This document shows positions 27,741-42,417 of a DNA stretch of 64,000 nt, piece by piece. The DNA lies in NCBI RefSeq assembly GCF_009914755.1, contig NC_060938.1. One strand, written 5' to 3'. Source of the stretch: the human T2T-CHM13v2.0 reference genome, Homo sapiens. The notes beneath the pieces are model-generated. The model did not search any database, had not been told where the DNA came from, and saw only the letters and a program-made list of their open reading frames with translations. A program made the position numbers and the translations under genes. How positions within the stretch are numbered: position 1 is the first letter of the stretch; each line of letters starts with the position of its first letter.

Positions 27741-29050
27741 ATGAACTACTAATCTCCCTCTTAATAAAGGACAGGGTATATGAAGACTATTCAATAGTTG
27801 TCATCCTTGGCTGCACCTTCAAATCACCTAAAAAAAAATTTTAAACACTGATACAAGGCCATACTGAAGACCAATTAAATCTGAATCTCTAGGCATGGGA
27901 GCCACACATCAGTAGTTTTTAGACCTAGCAGCCTCTGTAATTCAATTTAACAAATGTTTATTGAACCCCTAAATCCAGGCCCTGTGTTAGATGCTGCACA
28001 AAGATGAATAAGTGTGAACAGCTGTCAACTATTCCAAAGTTGTAGCTGCTACAGCTGCTATAAAAGGCAGCGAGTCTGAGGCTGCCCCAGGAATCAGGAG
28101 GTAATTAAAAGCATCCTTGAAGTCAGTGAAAATAACAACGCATGCGATTACATGTCCGCAGTGTCTCTCCTGGTCTATTCACTGCATTACCACTTGAAAA
28201 CCTCAGAAATCAGCAACTCCAAGCCAAGAGAGTGGATACTCATTCTCATGGTATCGTGTGTGATGATTCAGATGAGTCCAGGTAACCTGCTGCTTGCTTG
28301 CCTGGGAGAGTTAGTTGGAGAAAGAAGGCAACACATCCAGTTATTCAAATATTTATTGAGCACCTATGTTGTGCTAGACACTGGGGCTACAAATCTTATC
28401 CACCTTTCCCAAACTCGTTGTTCACAGAAAACAAGGAATCTAATCTGTTTTTTTAGTTTATTGTATAAGAATGACATGCCTTCTGATTGTATTTCAAAAG
28501 GCTGATCTGTGGATAAAAATAGGTAATAAATATTCAAGTGCTTTGGGAAAAAAAAGAATTCATGATGCATCATGAAATTCTGCATCTTGAATCATGAAAC
28601 CATAACCTTCAAGGTTGGCTATTTATGCTATTGATTTTGAAACATATTTTCAGAGACCAGGAATGATTTCTTTTTCTCGTTTTATGAATTTTCTAGCATT
28701 GTATCAGGCAGAATAAGGCATTTAACCAATGTTATTTTGATTATGATTAAATGACTATTCAAGCTAGAAAGGATACATTTTTTTTTCTGAACAAACTTTA
28801 ACAAAAAAAAAGACATTCCATTATGAAACAGAACAAATGTTGAGGCCAGTACAGATTTGAAAGTTTTAAAAGAATGTAGAATCATGTCTCATTTTTAAAG
28901 CTCTAGATATAGCCTAAGTTTGCAATGGCCTCTGGGAGCTTGAATTCTAGGATTTCAACCAGAATAAGATAGGAAGACATCTTTGTTTAATAAATATTCA
29001 AGTTTCCATTTAAGTGCCTTAAGTGCTTCTCTTACTTGGCTCCACTTTGA

Positions 29051-29600
<550 letters not shown>

Positions 29601-30064
29601 TCAAGTCCAATTACTCTGTTTTATAGATGAAGAAACTAAGACCCAGAGATCTGAAGTGAGCTATTCAAAGTCTCACAGCTAGTTAGTGACAGAACTTAAT
29701 ATTATGCTTTCTATTATACCACATAGATTTCTATATTTCTGCTTACATTGCTATTGCCTCAGTTCCACTGGCACAGCCTTTGCTCTGTAAATAATTCAAA
29801 CGTATTTCTTCTCAGGTGTTGTATAAGAGGAGAACTTAGCTCTGAATGGACTAGTATACCTGATCACCAGCAGCAGTTAAAAGGTATGATTATATATGCC
29901 TCAAACAATCATCTAATAAAAGATAGGAGTTTAATGGTCTTCAAGGATCTAGAATTAAAAGGAAACTGAAAAATCATTCACTTGGGGTGTATGTGTGTGT
30001 GTCTGTGTATAATATGTTATATATATTTATATAGAAAATTATATATATATATATATATATATAA

Positions 30065-30173
30065 TTTTTAATGGGGACTGAATCTTGCTAAGTCCTCAGG
30101 ACTGGTCTTGAACGATTCTCCCGCATCAGCCTCCCAAAATGCTGGGATTACAGGTGTGAACCACTGTGCCCAG
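30065..30173 (-). mobile_element. Alu left-arm fragment with (TA)n tail
   Basis: 'ggactggtcttgaacgattctcccgcatcagcctcccaaaatgctggg'. Confidence 0.8.
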
Positions 30174-30391
30174 TTTGTTTTTTCTTTTTTCGTGAAAAGT
30201 ACACACTCAAAAAGGGGGAGTGTGGGTGTACTCAAGAGAGAGTCGCCCACTTGGTTTAAAAAACAGAACTCTGTTATAATACAGCCTTTTTTGTTCTACT
30301 CTGACTTTAGAAGTGAAATATACTTATGTTAATTAAATAATATCAAAAAACCATAACATTATGTTTGAAGACCACATTTAAAATTTTCTCC

Positions 30392-30704
30392 TTTTTTTTT
30401 TTTTTTTTTTCAAATAGGTTCTTACAGGGTCTTGCTCTGTCACCCAGGCTAGAATTCAGCGGCATGATCGCTTCTCACTGCAGCCTTGACCTCCCAGGCT
30501 CAAGCCATCCTCCCACCTTAGCCCCTGGAGTAGCTGGGACTGCAGGTGCATGTCACCATGCCTGGCTATTTTTTTTTTAAGTTTTTATAAAGAGAGGATC
30601 TCACTATGTTGCCCAGGTTGGTCTCAAACTCTTGGGCTCAAGTAACCCTCCAACCTTGCCTCCCAAAATGTTGGGATTACAGGTGTGAGCCACCATGCCT
30701 GGCC
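30392..30704 (-). mobile_element. Alu (AluJ-type)
   Basis: 'ctcactgcagccttgacctcccaggctcaagccatcc'; TSD-like taaaattttct. Confidence 0.9.
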
Positions 30705-31111
30705 TAAAATTTTCTTTATAATATAGTAATGTGGTATAGGCACTTTCTTCCCACCTGCTGCTAAAAATTGGGAGATAATTTACCCTCCATCTCAATTTTA
30801 AGTATGATCAGAATTATATATCTAATTGAACTAAATACACATTGAGTAGAAAGTTATGTCACAGTTCGAATTTCACTCATATTCTGACTTATATCCATTT
30901 TGAAATACTCGAGATTAGTATACACAACACTATTTATTCTAGTGTTAAATATGAATAGTTCCAGTGAAACTGCAAGTATGTTTGTTTCAACAGCTCCGGT
31001 TTATAAGGTGACTAATGTGTTTTTGTGCACCTCTTGGCTCTGCTCTTTCTAAAACTGCAATTGCCCAGCTGGCTTAGCACAGGGGTAGGCTGAAAGAGCA
31101 GTGTGGGTGGG

Positions 31112-31113
<2 letters not shown>

Positions 31114-31145
<32 letters not shown>
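31114..31145. repeat. (TG)n microsatellite
   Basis: About 16 units. Confidence 0.95.
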
Positions 31146-31148
<3 letters not shown>

Positions 31149-32049
31149 ATGGAAAAAGAGACAAGGTTAGAATAGGGAGTTCCACTGAACTACTGTGAGT
31201 AATCAGTTATGCTACTATGACTTCCAGGTTCCCATTCAGTGAATAACCCTTTACTTTCTTCTGTCCTATGCAGCTTTCTCCTTTTTATTTCTTAGAGATA
31301 CAATGTTATACCACTGATGTTAGCTTAAATTATTCGTAGTACCATAAAAAGCATTAAACACCAAGTAACAAAGGGCCAAATTTCCAGATGCTCAAAACCT
31401 TGAGAAAAATAAAATCCATACCATGAAGCTATCTGTGATTCCTTCCTCAAAGTATGACCCTTCCTGGACCCTTATAGAACTTTGCCTGCGCCCTTGTAAG
31501 GCCACATGCCATCTTCTGCTTTGTACCCTTAACTCCAGAATACAATATAATTGTGTTGCAGCCAGTATGTATTTCCCATAGTCCCTAATCTGATTCCTTG
31601 TACATAGTAGGCACTCATAAAGGAGTGTCAGAAGACTGTATTTTTAAGATTAACTTGGGGAGGGGGGGGTCTCTATTGATAAAGGAAGTGGCATAAAACA
31701 TTTATGAAAGGCTTAAATGTACTGGTTTCATTAAAGAGCTATTCTCACATTACATAGGCATCAAATAGATGATTCAAGAGGGAACAGGTTTCTTTCAATT
31801 GGTACGTCATGTCATGGGGCTTTGAAAGGAGATACACTTAATGATCTAGAAAGCTCTTAAGAGAAGCTCCCTAGCTCTTTAGGAAAGTTAAAAATAGGAA
31901 AGGTGAAGACCACAATGAAAACGTTTATGGAGGTTCTCTTTACCTCTATCTCTGATATATTAAATAATGTTCCAATTTGACAACCTCTCAGAGATAAAAT
32001 AACCTGGCTCCAACTATCAACTCCCTGAGGTTCTCTACCTCCCTGGTTC

Positions 32050-32232
32050 TAAAAGTAAGGTTCTGAACCAACAACCAACAGTTCATTCCCTGTGGGAATT
32101 TGTGAGGAATGCAAAATTTCTGGCCCCATCCTGGACTTAACTGAATCAGGAACTCTGGGGTGGAGCCCAGCCATCTGATTATGACAAGCCTTCCATGTGG
32201 TTCTATTGCAAGCTAAAGTTTGAAAACCACTG
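32050..32232. mobile_element. MER5A (hAT-Charlie)
   Basis: 'gaatgcaaaatttctggccccatcctggactt...ctgaatcaggaactctggggtggagcccagc...aagtttgaaaaccactg'. Confidence 0.85.
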
Positions 32233-33066
32233 CTTCACCCTGACCCTTCCAGACTGCAGTGCACTAGTAGCTCTGGTCACCTGGGAAATACTCCCTTAGG
32301 CCTTAGGCTCTTGAACAAAGGAGAAAATAAATGTTTGTGAAGAGGGAATGAAGCTTACCTTCTTTTTTGTCCTGTTAAAATAAAAATACCCTGTCTCTCC
32401 ACTAAAATAACACCTTAATTATGTATTCTAATCTTAATAGGGATTTGCCAATTCAGCTGAGAGCTAGAATAGTGCTTAGTTGAACACTGACTTGATCTGG
32501 TATGCACTGGACTGAGCCAGCCTAAATTGACGTTTGTCTTCTGTCAGGGAGGAAGGAAGAAGGTTTATATATGATTGATTATGTTACTACACTCCTTCTT
32601 CCAGGCCAGAAAGTAAGATAATCAATCATATAAACTATTTTTAGAAGTGTGTTTAATTTACATAAGAGAAAATATCAGACTTGCAAGAGGCCTAGAAACC
32701 TATGATGATTTTTCTGCTCTCCTCATTTTACTAAGTTCTCACAGCTAGTTGGTGATAGAGTCAGGACCACACACCAAGTTGTTATCATTCATAAAGGAGT
32801 GCTTGTTCCAGGGATTCTAACGAACAGCCTGCAGTGCCAGGAATACCTTTTATCACTCAACATTTATTTACATTTCAACATTTTCCTTATGCTAAAGGGA
32901 TGGCAAGTCTAAATTTAAGGTAGACCAAAGATGAAAAGCTAACATCTTGCCCTCAAGGAATTCACAGTCATCTTAATATCTGTTGAAGTTCTAGTTGAAG
33001 AGCTAATTATACTCATTCATTGTTTTGTCAAATAATCCCAGAAAAGTGGCTAAAAATCTGTTGGAT

Positions 33067-33596
33067 TGAAACCACCTTTGCAAAATTATGACAGAGACAA
33101 TGAAAGATCTAACTTAATCGGCTTCATCTTGTTTCTAACCTCCAAATTGTCCTTGTTCATTCCTGGGTGTAGGCTGAACTAACTTTGGGAGAAACTTAGT
33201 TTATGGCTTGTAGTTTAAAACAAAGATGATAACAGCCTTTTCCCAAAGCAGACCTCCTTCCTGCCCGGGGAATAGATTGACTTTGTAGGACTTACTTTAG
33301 CCTCATCTGATTTTGTGGTCCCCACTCAGGAACTGACTCAGCACAAGGCAGCTTCGACTCCCTATGATTTCATCCCTGACTGTCAGCACTCCTGGCTCAC
33401 TGGTTTCCCCCAACCCACCAAGTTGTCCTTAAAAACTCTGCTCCCGAATGCTCGGGGAGACTGATTTGAGTAATAATCAAACTCCGGTCTCCTGCACAGC
33501 TGGCTCTGCGTTAATTACTCTTTATTGCAATTCCCCTGTCTTGATAAATCAGCTCTGTCTAGGCAGTGGGCAAGGTGAACCCATTGGGTGGTTACA
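33067..33596 (+). mobile_element. LTR8 solo LTR (internal deletion)
   Basis: tgaaaccacctttgcaaaattatgac...gggtggttaca; TSD ggat/gtat. Confidence 0.9.
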
Positions 33597-33875
33597 GTAT
33601 TAGTTATAATTATTTTGGTTGCAAGAAATAGAAACCTACCTGAGCCAGCTTAAGCAATTGATTACAGCGGGATCAAAGAAAGATGAACAAGCAGGCCTCA
33701 AAAGGGTAGGAACTGGGATGTGGAGCATTGTAATGTGCCTAGGAAGTCCCCTTTCTGGGTCTCCTCCTGCTCTGCCTCTGCCTACTCATGAATCTCATTC
33801 TTTCAGGGAGCAGCATGGTATTTTTCTGTCTCACAGAATACATGGGAGTAAAAAAAAAGCCACAGTCAGTCATGA

Positions 33876-34208
<333 letters not shown>

Positions 34209-34249
34209 TGAGTATAGAAATGCCCACTGAAACGCTCAATAGTCTTCTT

Positions 34250-34388
34250 CTCTTTCTTCTTTTTTTTAGAGACAAGGTCTCATTATGTTATGTTGCCCAA
34301 GCTGGTCTCAAACTCCTGGGTTCAAGCAATCCTTCTGCCTCAGCCTCCTAAGTAGCTGGGACTACAGGCATGAGCCAGCATGCCCAGC
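34250..34388 (-). mobile_element. FLAM
   Basis: Single antisense monomer. Confidence 0.85.
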
Positions 34389-34526
34389 TTTCTTTTTTTA
34401 TTTTTAACTAATTTTTAAAAACTAAGTTTAAACTAAAAAGGAGAAAAGAGCTTTATTGAGATATAATTCACGAATTCACATAGCATAAAGTTAACAAAGT
34501 ATACAATTGAGTGCTTTTTGGTAAAA

Positions 34527-34760
34527 TTGATCCTTATTATTCATGGATTCTGAATTTGTGAATTTACCTATGAGCTAACGTTTATTTGTAACCCCAAAAA
34601 TCAAGATGTATCACACTTTCCTAGTCATTTGAAGATGTGTGCAGAGTGGCAAAAAATTTGAGTCACTGGATATGCGTATTCCAAGCTGAGTGTGAGCAAG
34701 ACAATGCTCTGCCTTCTGGTTTCAAGTCATACTATAGACAAGGGTCCTTTTCATGGTCAA
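34527..34760 (+). mobile_element. Tigger-family DNA transposon fragment (MER82-like)
   Basis: 'gatccttattattcatggattctgaatttgtgaatttaccta...tttatttgtaaccccaaaaatcaa...gcagagtggcaaaaaatttgagtc'. Confidence 0.65.
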
Positions 34761-34969
34761 CAGAACCAGAGGAGCTGTTACCTGGACATTCTGATAAAAG
34801 AATTGCTATATATGATTATAAGTAGCAAAACTCATTTAATTTATCATGCAAAAGTAACTATTTACCAATTCACACTGACTTCTAAATTAAAGTGAGTTAA
34901 GGATGGGTTTACTTTTTCTAATTTAACAACTCAAGGAATTTTATTTTTACATTCAAAAAGTTTTCTTTG

Positions 34970-35284
<315 letters not shown>

Positions 35285-35394
35285 TCACTAGATAATCTTC
35301 CTTGAGAATGAACACTTACATGGTTCTGACTATTGGCCAGGTACTTTTCTAAGTGCTTTATTTGCTCATCGGATATTTTTTAAGTGTCAGGTAG

Positions 35395-35696
<302 letters not shown>

Positions 35697-35884
35697 AGTG
35701 TCAGGTAGTCTTCTAAGTGTTTTGGATGCATCAGTGAAAAAGAAAAACAAAAATTTTTTTGCTTTTGGGGAGTGAGCAGATTGACAGTAAACCATAACCA
35801 CAGTAAATGAGATATAATATGTTAGAAGGTGAAAAGTGTGATGGAAAAAATAGAGTAGGTTAAAGGATATCAGGAGTTGAGTTT

Positions 35885-36055
35885 ACTCCCAAGAGATGGC
35901 ATTAATCAATTCCTGAGGGATCTGCCCCTATGCCCGAGATTGCACCACTGCACTCAGCCTGGGCAAACACCACCCACTAGGCCCCATCTCCGAACACTGG
36001 CAATAAAACTTCAACATGAGTTTTGGTGGGGACAACCCATCTTCAAACCATAGCA
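35885..36055 (-). mobile_element. MST-type MaLR LTR fragment
   Basis: 'gagggatctgcccc...aaacaccacccactaggccccatctcc...ttcaacatgagttttggtgggg...caaaccatagca'. Confidence 0.8.
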
Positions 36056-36249
36056 CCATCTTCAGACACGTGATGCTCAATCATGGCAACCCACAAGGGT
36101 AATGAAGAGGTGGATTGATCACGTCCCAGATGTTAAGCATCGCACCCTGCAGGTCAGGCTTAAAAATGACTACAAGAGAGAACACAGAAGTGAAGCCATC
36201 TATAGACAAACAGCATGTCTTCTACATTAACATGACTTTACCATTTAAT

Positions 36250-36674
36250 TGTTTTAATCAAGATAGCTTTATTATTTCAGGATACTCTTAGAAACATAAA
36301 AATCGCAATTAACTATATTTTCCATTTCAAGAACTTTGTTAAAATTTTATTTAAATAAGCATCATGATAATTTGCTCTCCAAGAGTTTCTAAAACCTTTG
36401 CTTTAAAACCCCTACCTTGCTACGTACACAAATTATGATTATAACGTGATTCTTACCCAGTATTAATCAAACCGCCCCCTATTGGAAGACCTGTCTTAAA
36501 CTCAATCTGTAAGCCCCAAAAACGTCCTGACTTTGCATTTCTGCTCCAAGATACTACTGATAATTTATCTCACTACTAAGGTAGTGCTCTCCAATACTGC
36601 AGTAATTAATAAACTCAGCTTTGCCTTATCAATAGATTAGTTTGGTTGTATTCTGAGGGAGCACATATTCAACA
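36250..36674 (+). mobile_element. ERV1 LTR fragment (MER67-like)
   Basis: 3' part 'aataaactcagctttgccttatcaatag...gagcacatattcaaca'. Confidence 0.5.
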
Positions 36675-37259
36675 ATATTTGGCCTGGGCACCTGCCAGTC
36701 GGACAACATGCTGGCTGTGTCACGGGAGCAGGTCCTGGAAACCCTGCCGTGCCTAGAAATACCCTTTAGTTAATGGATTGTGGGAGAGGTAAGGGTGGCT
36801 CCAAGGGTGGAGGAGAGTTGGGGTGGGTGGGTCTGGTGGGTGGAGCAGTGTTTTGGGCAGCATCTGTGTACCAACTGGCTTAGAAGTATTTCAGTGCTTT
36901 GACAACTGGCTAAAACATTATCCTGGCTATAGTTGGTGGGTACCAGTTAAATATTGATCCTTGGTGAAATGATCAAAAGAGCAGATGGGAAAAAGTATGA
37001 CTCATGGATGCCAGCATGTATAGATACCTATTCTAGGGAATAGGTGTATTTGTCTATTGAATGCCTTGCCAAACTCTAAACCCCCTGAAACTTAAAAGTA
37101 ACCCTGGGAAGTAGGACATCAAATTGGTGAAGATTAAGTTTTGCCACTTGGTTGAATAGAAATTCCATGTAGATATTATATCTAGCTCTAGAGAAATAAA
37201 GTGACATTCTTAAAAATACATTTCAGTTTTTTGGACTGAAATTTAGAAGTGCTATGTAT

Positions 37260-37625
37260 ACATTTTTTCTTTATATAAGTGAGATCACACTTTTTCCCAC
37301 TTAAGAAGTCTATAATATAGCTTTTCAGTGACCTACCTCATTTTTCAATATGGTTGCATAGTATTTTGCGTAGTGTTTTATGGTATGAATGTACTAGGTT
37401 TTATATAACCACTTCTATGATGGACATTTACATTATTGTAGTCATATTGCCATGGGAAACACTGCTGTAAAAAATATCCTTTTATATACATCTGAGGAAA
37501 AATTCCTACAAGTAGAATTTCTGAATCATTTATTGCCTAATTACCTATCAAAAAGGTTGTATCAATTTACTTTTCACACTAACAATGTATGAAAGTTGTA
37601 TTTCCTGTTATTATTACCAACACTA
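37260..37625 (-). mobile_element. Old L1M 3' fragment
   Basis: 'ggttgcatagtatt...gatggacattta...aattcctacaagtagaatttctgaatca...caacaatgtatgaaag'. Confidence 0.65.
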
Positions 37626-37849
37626 GGTGCAATAGTTAATGTTAGGTGTCAACTCGATTGGATTGAAGGATGTCTAGATAGCTTGTATTTGTGGTGTGCT
37701 ATGGGGAATGAAGAAAGTAGTGAAGAAAGTAGTATTTCCCACCAGGGCAGAGAGAGGTGGCAGCAGCTAGCAGGATACAGGGGACTACAGGGAAGTGGGC
37801 TGCAGAGTGGACACACCAGAAGAACAGCCTACCTCCTCCCCATTTCCCC

Positions 37850-38005
37850 TACCTCAAACACACCCAGAGAATGTAAGCTCCATGAGGGCAGTACTTTTTT
37901 TTTTTTAACCTGCTTTTCATGTTATATTTCTAGTGCCTAGAATAAGAGCTTGACACATTGAGTAACAGTAGTTACTCAATAAAAAGTTGTTGGAATGAAT
38001 GAACA
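37850..38005 (+). mobile_element. L2 3' end
   Basis: 'gaatgtaagctccatgagggcag...agtgcctagaata...ctcaataaaaagttgttggaatgaatgaa'. Confidence 0.85.
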
Positions 38006-38336
38006 AAAATCCTAGCAGAGGTTCTGAACCACCTACAGTGCTTGGAATGGGGGTTTGAGCTGGAGCATTTGGATGTTAAAGCAAAAGGTGAACCCAGAAA
38101 GATGGAGACTTGAGAATCTAGTGTTCATTTATCAGCCCTGAATCTTGGCTGCTTCAGCTCTGGTCTCTTATGTGAGATGTCTGTTGTGTCTATCTGAATT
38201 TATTCTCTATGGATAAGCAATTTGTGATACTGCAGTGATGGAGAGCTCTTTAAAATCCCTAATTGCTTCCTAAATGGAATCTCAGCTACAAATGGATCTT
38301 TCAGTGCATATTACCATGACATTTCCTATGTAAGTC

Positions 38337-39030
38337 TGTAACCACCCAATGGGTTCATTTTGCCTGCTGCCCAGATAGAGCTGATTTATCAAGACAGAGA
38401 AATTGTAAAGAGAAAGAGTTTAATTCACACAGAGCTGACTGAATGGGAGACTAGGGTTTTATTATTACTCAAATCAGCCTCTCCTGAAATTCAGAGGTGG
38501 GGTTTTTCAAGGATAGTTTAGTGGGCCAGGGAATGGGTGCCACTGATTAGTTGGGGATGCAATCACAGGGGTGTGAAAAACAGCCCGCTTCTGGGTGGGG
38601 GCCACAGGATGGTTTGGTGGGTCTGGGTGGAGCCATCATCCTCAGAAATAGAAAAATCTGAAAAGACAGCTCAAATGGCCAATCTTAGGTTCTATGACAG
38701 TAATGTTATCTGCAGGAGTAATTAGGGAAGTTGCAAATCTTGTGACATAAATAATAATGGCTGATAATCGTTTATGTCCACACCAAAGCAGAATTCAGGC
38801 TCCTCTCATCCTCCTAACTTGGTGGTCTGTCACTAGCTTTACAAAGGCAGTTTAGTTTTGGGGGAGGGCTATTATCATTTAAACTATAAATATCTCTCAA
38901 AGTTAGCTTGGCCCAAGCCCAGGAATGATTAAGGGAAGTTTGGGGGTTAAAGGCAACACAGGGGTTGGTTAGATGATATCTCTTTCAGTGTCTTAATTTT
39001 CTCACTGTTATATTTGCAAAGGTTGGTTCA
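38337..39030 (-). mobile_element. LTR8-family solo LTR (LTR8A-like)
   Basis: tgtaaccacccaatggg...ttgcaaaggttggttca with perfect 4-bp TSD agtc. Confidence 0.9.
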
Positions 39031-39215
39031 AGTCTGTTAAATCAATCCCTCAGGGATGTTACACTTACAATGTGGTGGGTTTGGGGGCTCAAGAGTGGCA
39101 TCTCAACAAGAAATGGCCATTGTAAGTCCTACAAGATGAGAATTAGAGACCTGATGAAGAAGTCTTTCAGAATCTTGGATGCCACCACCATAGCTGTGAT
39201 TCAGGTGATCATCAG

Positions 39216-41508
39216 TGATATGGGTTGGCTGTATTCCCATTCAAATCTCAACTTGAATTGTATCTTCTAGAATTCCCACGTGTTGTGGGAGAGACCTAGA
39301 GGAGGTAATTGAATTGCATCATGGGGATTGGTCTTTCCCATGCTATTCTCGTAATAGTGAATAAGTCTCATGAGATCTGATGAATTTGTCAGAGGTTTCC
39401 ACTTTTGTTTCCTCCTCATTTCTCTCTTGCTGCTGCCATGTAAAAAGTGCTTTTGCCCTCTGCAATTATTCTGAAGCCTCCCCAGCCATATGGAACTGTA
39501 AGTCCAATTGAACCTCTTTTTCTTCCCAGTCTTGGGTATGTCTTTATCAGCAGCATGAAAATGGACTAATATAGGAAATGGTTACCAGTAGAGTGGGATG
39601 TTGCTGAAAAGATACCTGAAAATGTGGAAGTGATTTTGGAACTGGATAACAGGCAGAGGTTGGAACAATTTGGAGGGCTCAGAAGAAGACAGGAAAATGT
39701 GGGAAAGTTTGGAACTTTCTAGAGAACTTTCTAGAGACTTTCTTGAATGGCTTTGCCCAAAATGCTGACAGTGATATGGATGTTAAGGTCCAGGGTGAGG
39801 TGGTCTCGGATGGAGTAGAAGAACTTGTTGGGAACTGGAACAAAGGGGACTCTTGTGATGTTTTAGCAAAGTGACTGGTAGCATTTTGCCCTTGCCCTAC
39901 AGATTTGTGGAACTTTGAACTTGAGAGAAATGATTTAGGGTATCTTGTGGAGGAAATTTCTAAGCAGCAAAGCATTGAAGAGGTGACTTGGGTGCTGTTA
40001 AAGGCATTCGGTTTTATAAGAGAAGCAAAGCATAAAAGTTCAGAAAATTTGCAGCCTGACAATGTGATATAAAAGAAAAGCTCATTTTCTGGGGAGAAAT
40101 TCAAGCCAGCTGCAGAAATTTGCATAAGTAGCAAGGAGCCTAATGTTAATCCCCAAGATGAGGGGGAAAATGTCTCCAGGCTATGTCAGAAAACTTCACA
40201 GCAGCCCCTTCCATCACAGGCCCAGAGGCCCAGGGGGAAAAAGTGGCTTCGTGGGCTAGGTCCAGAGTCCCTGTGCTCTGTGCAGCCTGGGGACATGGTG
40301 CCCTGTGTCCCAGCTGCCCCAGCCATGGCTGGAAGGGGCCAACATACAACTTGGTCTGTGGGTTCAGAGGGTGGAAACCCCAAGCTTTGGCAGCTTCCAC
40401 GTAGTGTTAAGCCTGCGGGTGCAGAGAAGTCAAGAACTGAGGTTTGGGAACCTCTGCCTAGATTTCAGAAGATGTATGGAAATGCCTGGATGCCCAGGCA
40501 AAAGTTTGCTTCAGGGGTGGGGCCCTCAGGGAGAACCTCTGCTAGGGCAGTGCAGAAGAGAAATGTGGGGTTGGAGCCCTCACATAGAGTCCCTACTGGG
40601 GCACTGCCTAGTGGAAGAGGGCCATCATCCTCCAGACCCCAGAATGGTAGATCCACCAACAGCTTGCACTGTGCACCTGGAAAAGCTGCAGACACTCAAT
40701 GCTAGCCTGTGAAAACAGCCAGGAGGGAGATTGTACCCTAAAAAGCCACAAGGGTGGAGCTGCCTAACACCATGGGAACCTACCTCTTGCATCAGCATGA
40801 CCTGGATGTGAGAGCTGGAGTCAAAGGAGATCATTTTGGAGCTTTAAAATTTTACTGTCCACTGGATTTCAGACTTGCATGGGCCCTGTTACCCCTTTGT
40901 TTTGGCCAATTTCTCCCATTTGGAATGGCTGTATTTACCCAATACCTGTACCCTCATTGTAGCTAGGAAGTAACTAGCTTGTTTTTTATTTTACAGGCTC
41001 ATAGGTGGAAGGGACTTGCCTTATCTCAGATGAGACTTTGGACTGTGGACTTTTGGATTAATGTTGAAATGAGTTAAGAGTTTGGGGGGGATGTTGGAAA
41101 GGCATGATTGGTTTTAAAATGTGAGGTCATGAGATTTGGAGGGGCCAGGGGCGGAATGATATGGTTTGGCTGTGTCCCCATTGAAATCTCAACTTGAATT
41201 ATATCTCCCAGAATTCCTACATGTTGTGGGAAGGACCTGGGGGAGGTAATTGAATCATGGGGAGTGGTCTTTCCTGTCCTATTCTCATGATAGTGAATAC
41301 GTCTCAAGAGATCTAATGGGCTTATCAGGGTTTCTGTTTTTGCTTCCTCCTCATTTCTCTCTTGCTGCCACCATGTAAGAAGTGACTTTCACTCTCCGGC
41401 ATGATTCTGAGGCCTCCCCAGCCATGTGGAACTGTAAGTCCAGTTAAACCTCATTTTCTTCCCAGTTTTGATATGTCTTTGTCAGCAGTGTGAAAATGAA
41501 CTAATACA
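39216..41508 (+). mobile_element. Full-length THE1A MaLR element (LTR 39216-39573, internal 39574-41156, LTR 41157-41508)
   Basis: Two tgatatgg...actaatac/ta LTRs, THE1-int body, purine tract ggaggggccaggggcggaa before the 3' LTR, TSD atcag/gtcag. Confidence 0.93.
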
Positions 41509-41709
41509 GTCAGTGACCAAATAAAGCTATGAATGTATTGCATAGAGGTAACAAAGTGTGAAATGCATCTGTAGGACTATTCTACTAAGGTTAGGAACTG
41601 CTGAGGAACTTGGTGGGTTTGGGCTTGGAATGGGGACTACTTTTCTAAGATGGCCAAAATATTTGGGGACAATTATCTGGGGAGAAAGTGGAAAGAAGGT
41701 GGCCCAGGC

Positions 41710-41895
41710 ACTTGACCTCTGATTTTTGGACACATAAATCTCTAAATCATCTGAGTTTCCGTGAGGATATACATAAAATGGAAGTAATAATGCATACCCC
41801 TGCTGCATTTTGGTGAGGTTTAGAAGTAATTTATTTATAAATACCTAGCTGAGTGCTAGGTACACAAGAAACACTTAATAAATTATAGCTATTAA
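41710..41895 (+). mobile_element. MIR
   Basis: 'ctgagtttcc...taaaatggaagtaataatgcatacc...acttaataaattatagctatt'. Confidence 0.7.
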
Positions 41896-42017
41896 GATCA
41901 TAAATGTTTTTCAGATTTGCTTAGAAATAGCTATACAGTAGGGCTATACAGTAGGCAGTTCAGTAAAGCCCAAATAAAGGGCTTGTAGAGGGTTAGAGTA
42001 TTACCATATTAATGTAC

Positions 42018-42417
42018 TGTAAAATAAAAAGTATTTGAGACAAGTCTCAATCAATTTAGAAGTTAATTTTGCCAACGTTAAGGACATGTCTGTGACACAA
42101 TCTCAGGAGGTCCTGAGAACATTTACCCAAGATGGTTGGGTTATAGCTTGATTTTGTACATTTTAGGGGGACAGAAGTTACAAGCAAACATTAATCAAAT
42201 CAAACCGTAGGTGGACTCAAAGATTTTCTGATTGGCAACTGATTGAAAGAGTTAAGTTGTTATTTAAAGACCTGAAATCAATAGAAAGGAATGTCTGGGT
42301 TAAGATAAGGGGTTGTGGAGACTAAGGTTCTTATTACGCAGATGAAGTCTCCATGTAGCAGGCTTCAGAGAGAATAGTTGGTAAATGTTTCTTATCAAAC
42401 TTTAAAAGGTGCCAGAC
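42018..42417 (-). mobile_element. MER4-family LTR, truncated
   Basis: 'gagacaagtctcaatcaatttagaagtt...caggaggtcctgagaacat...gcaggcttcagagagaatag'. Confidence 0.85.

Noticed and set aside
28152-28505. 117-aa ORF
   Set aside because: No recognisable domain, and the 3' half runs into an L2-like tail (attcaaatatttattgagcacctatg).
39679-40966. Overlapping ORFs up to 151 aa
   Set aside because: All lie within the THE1A internal sequence and are fragmentary.
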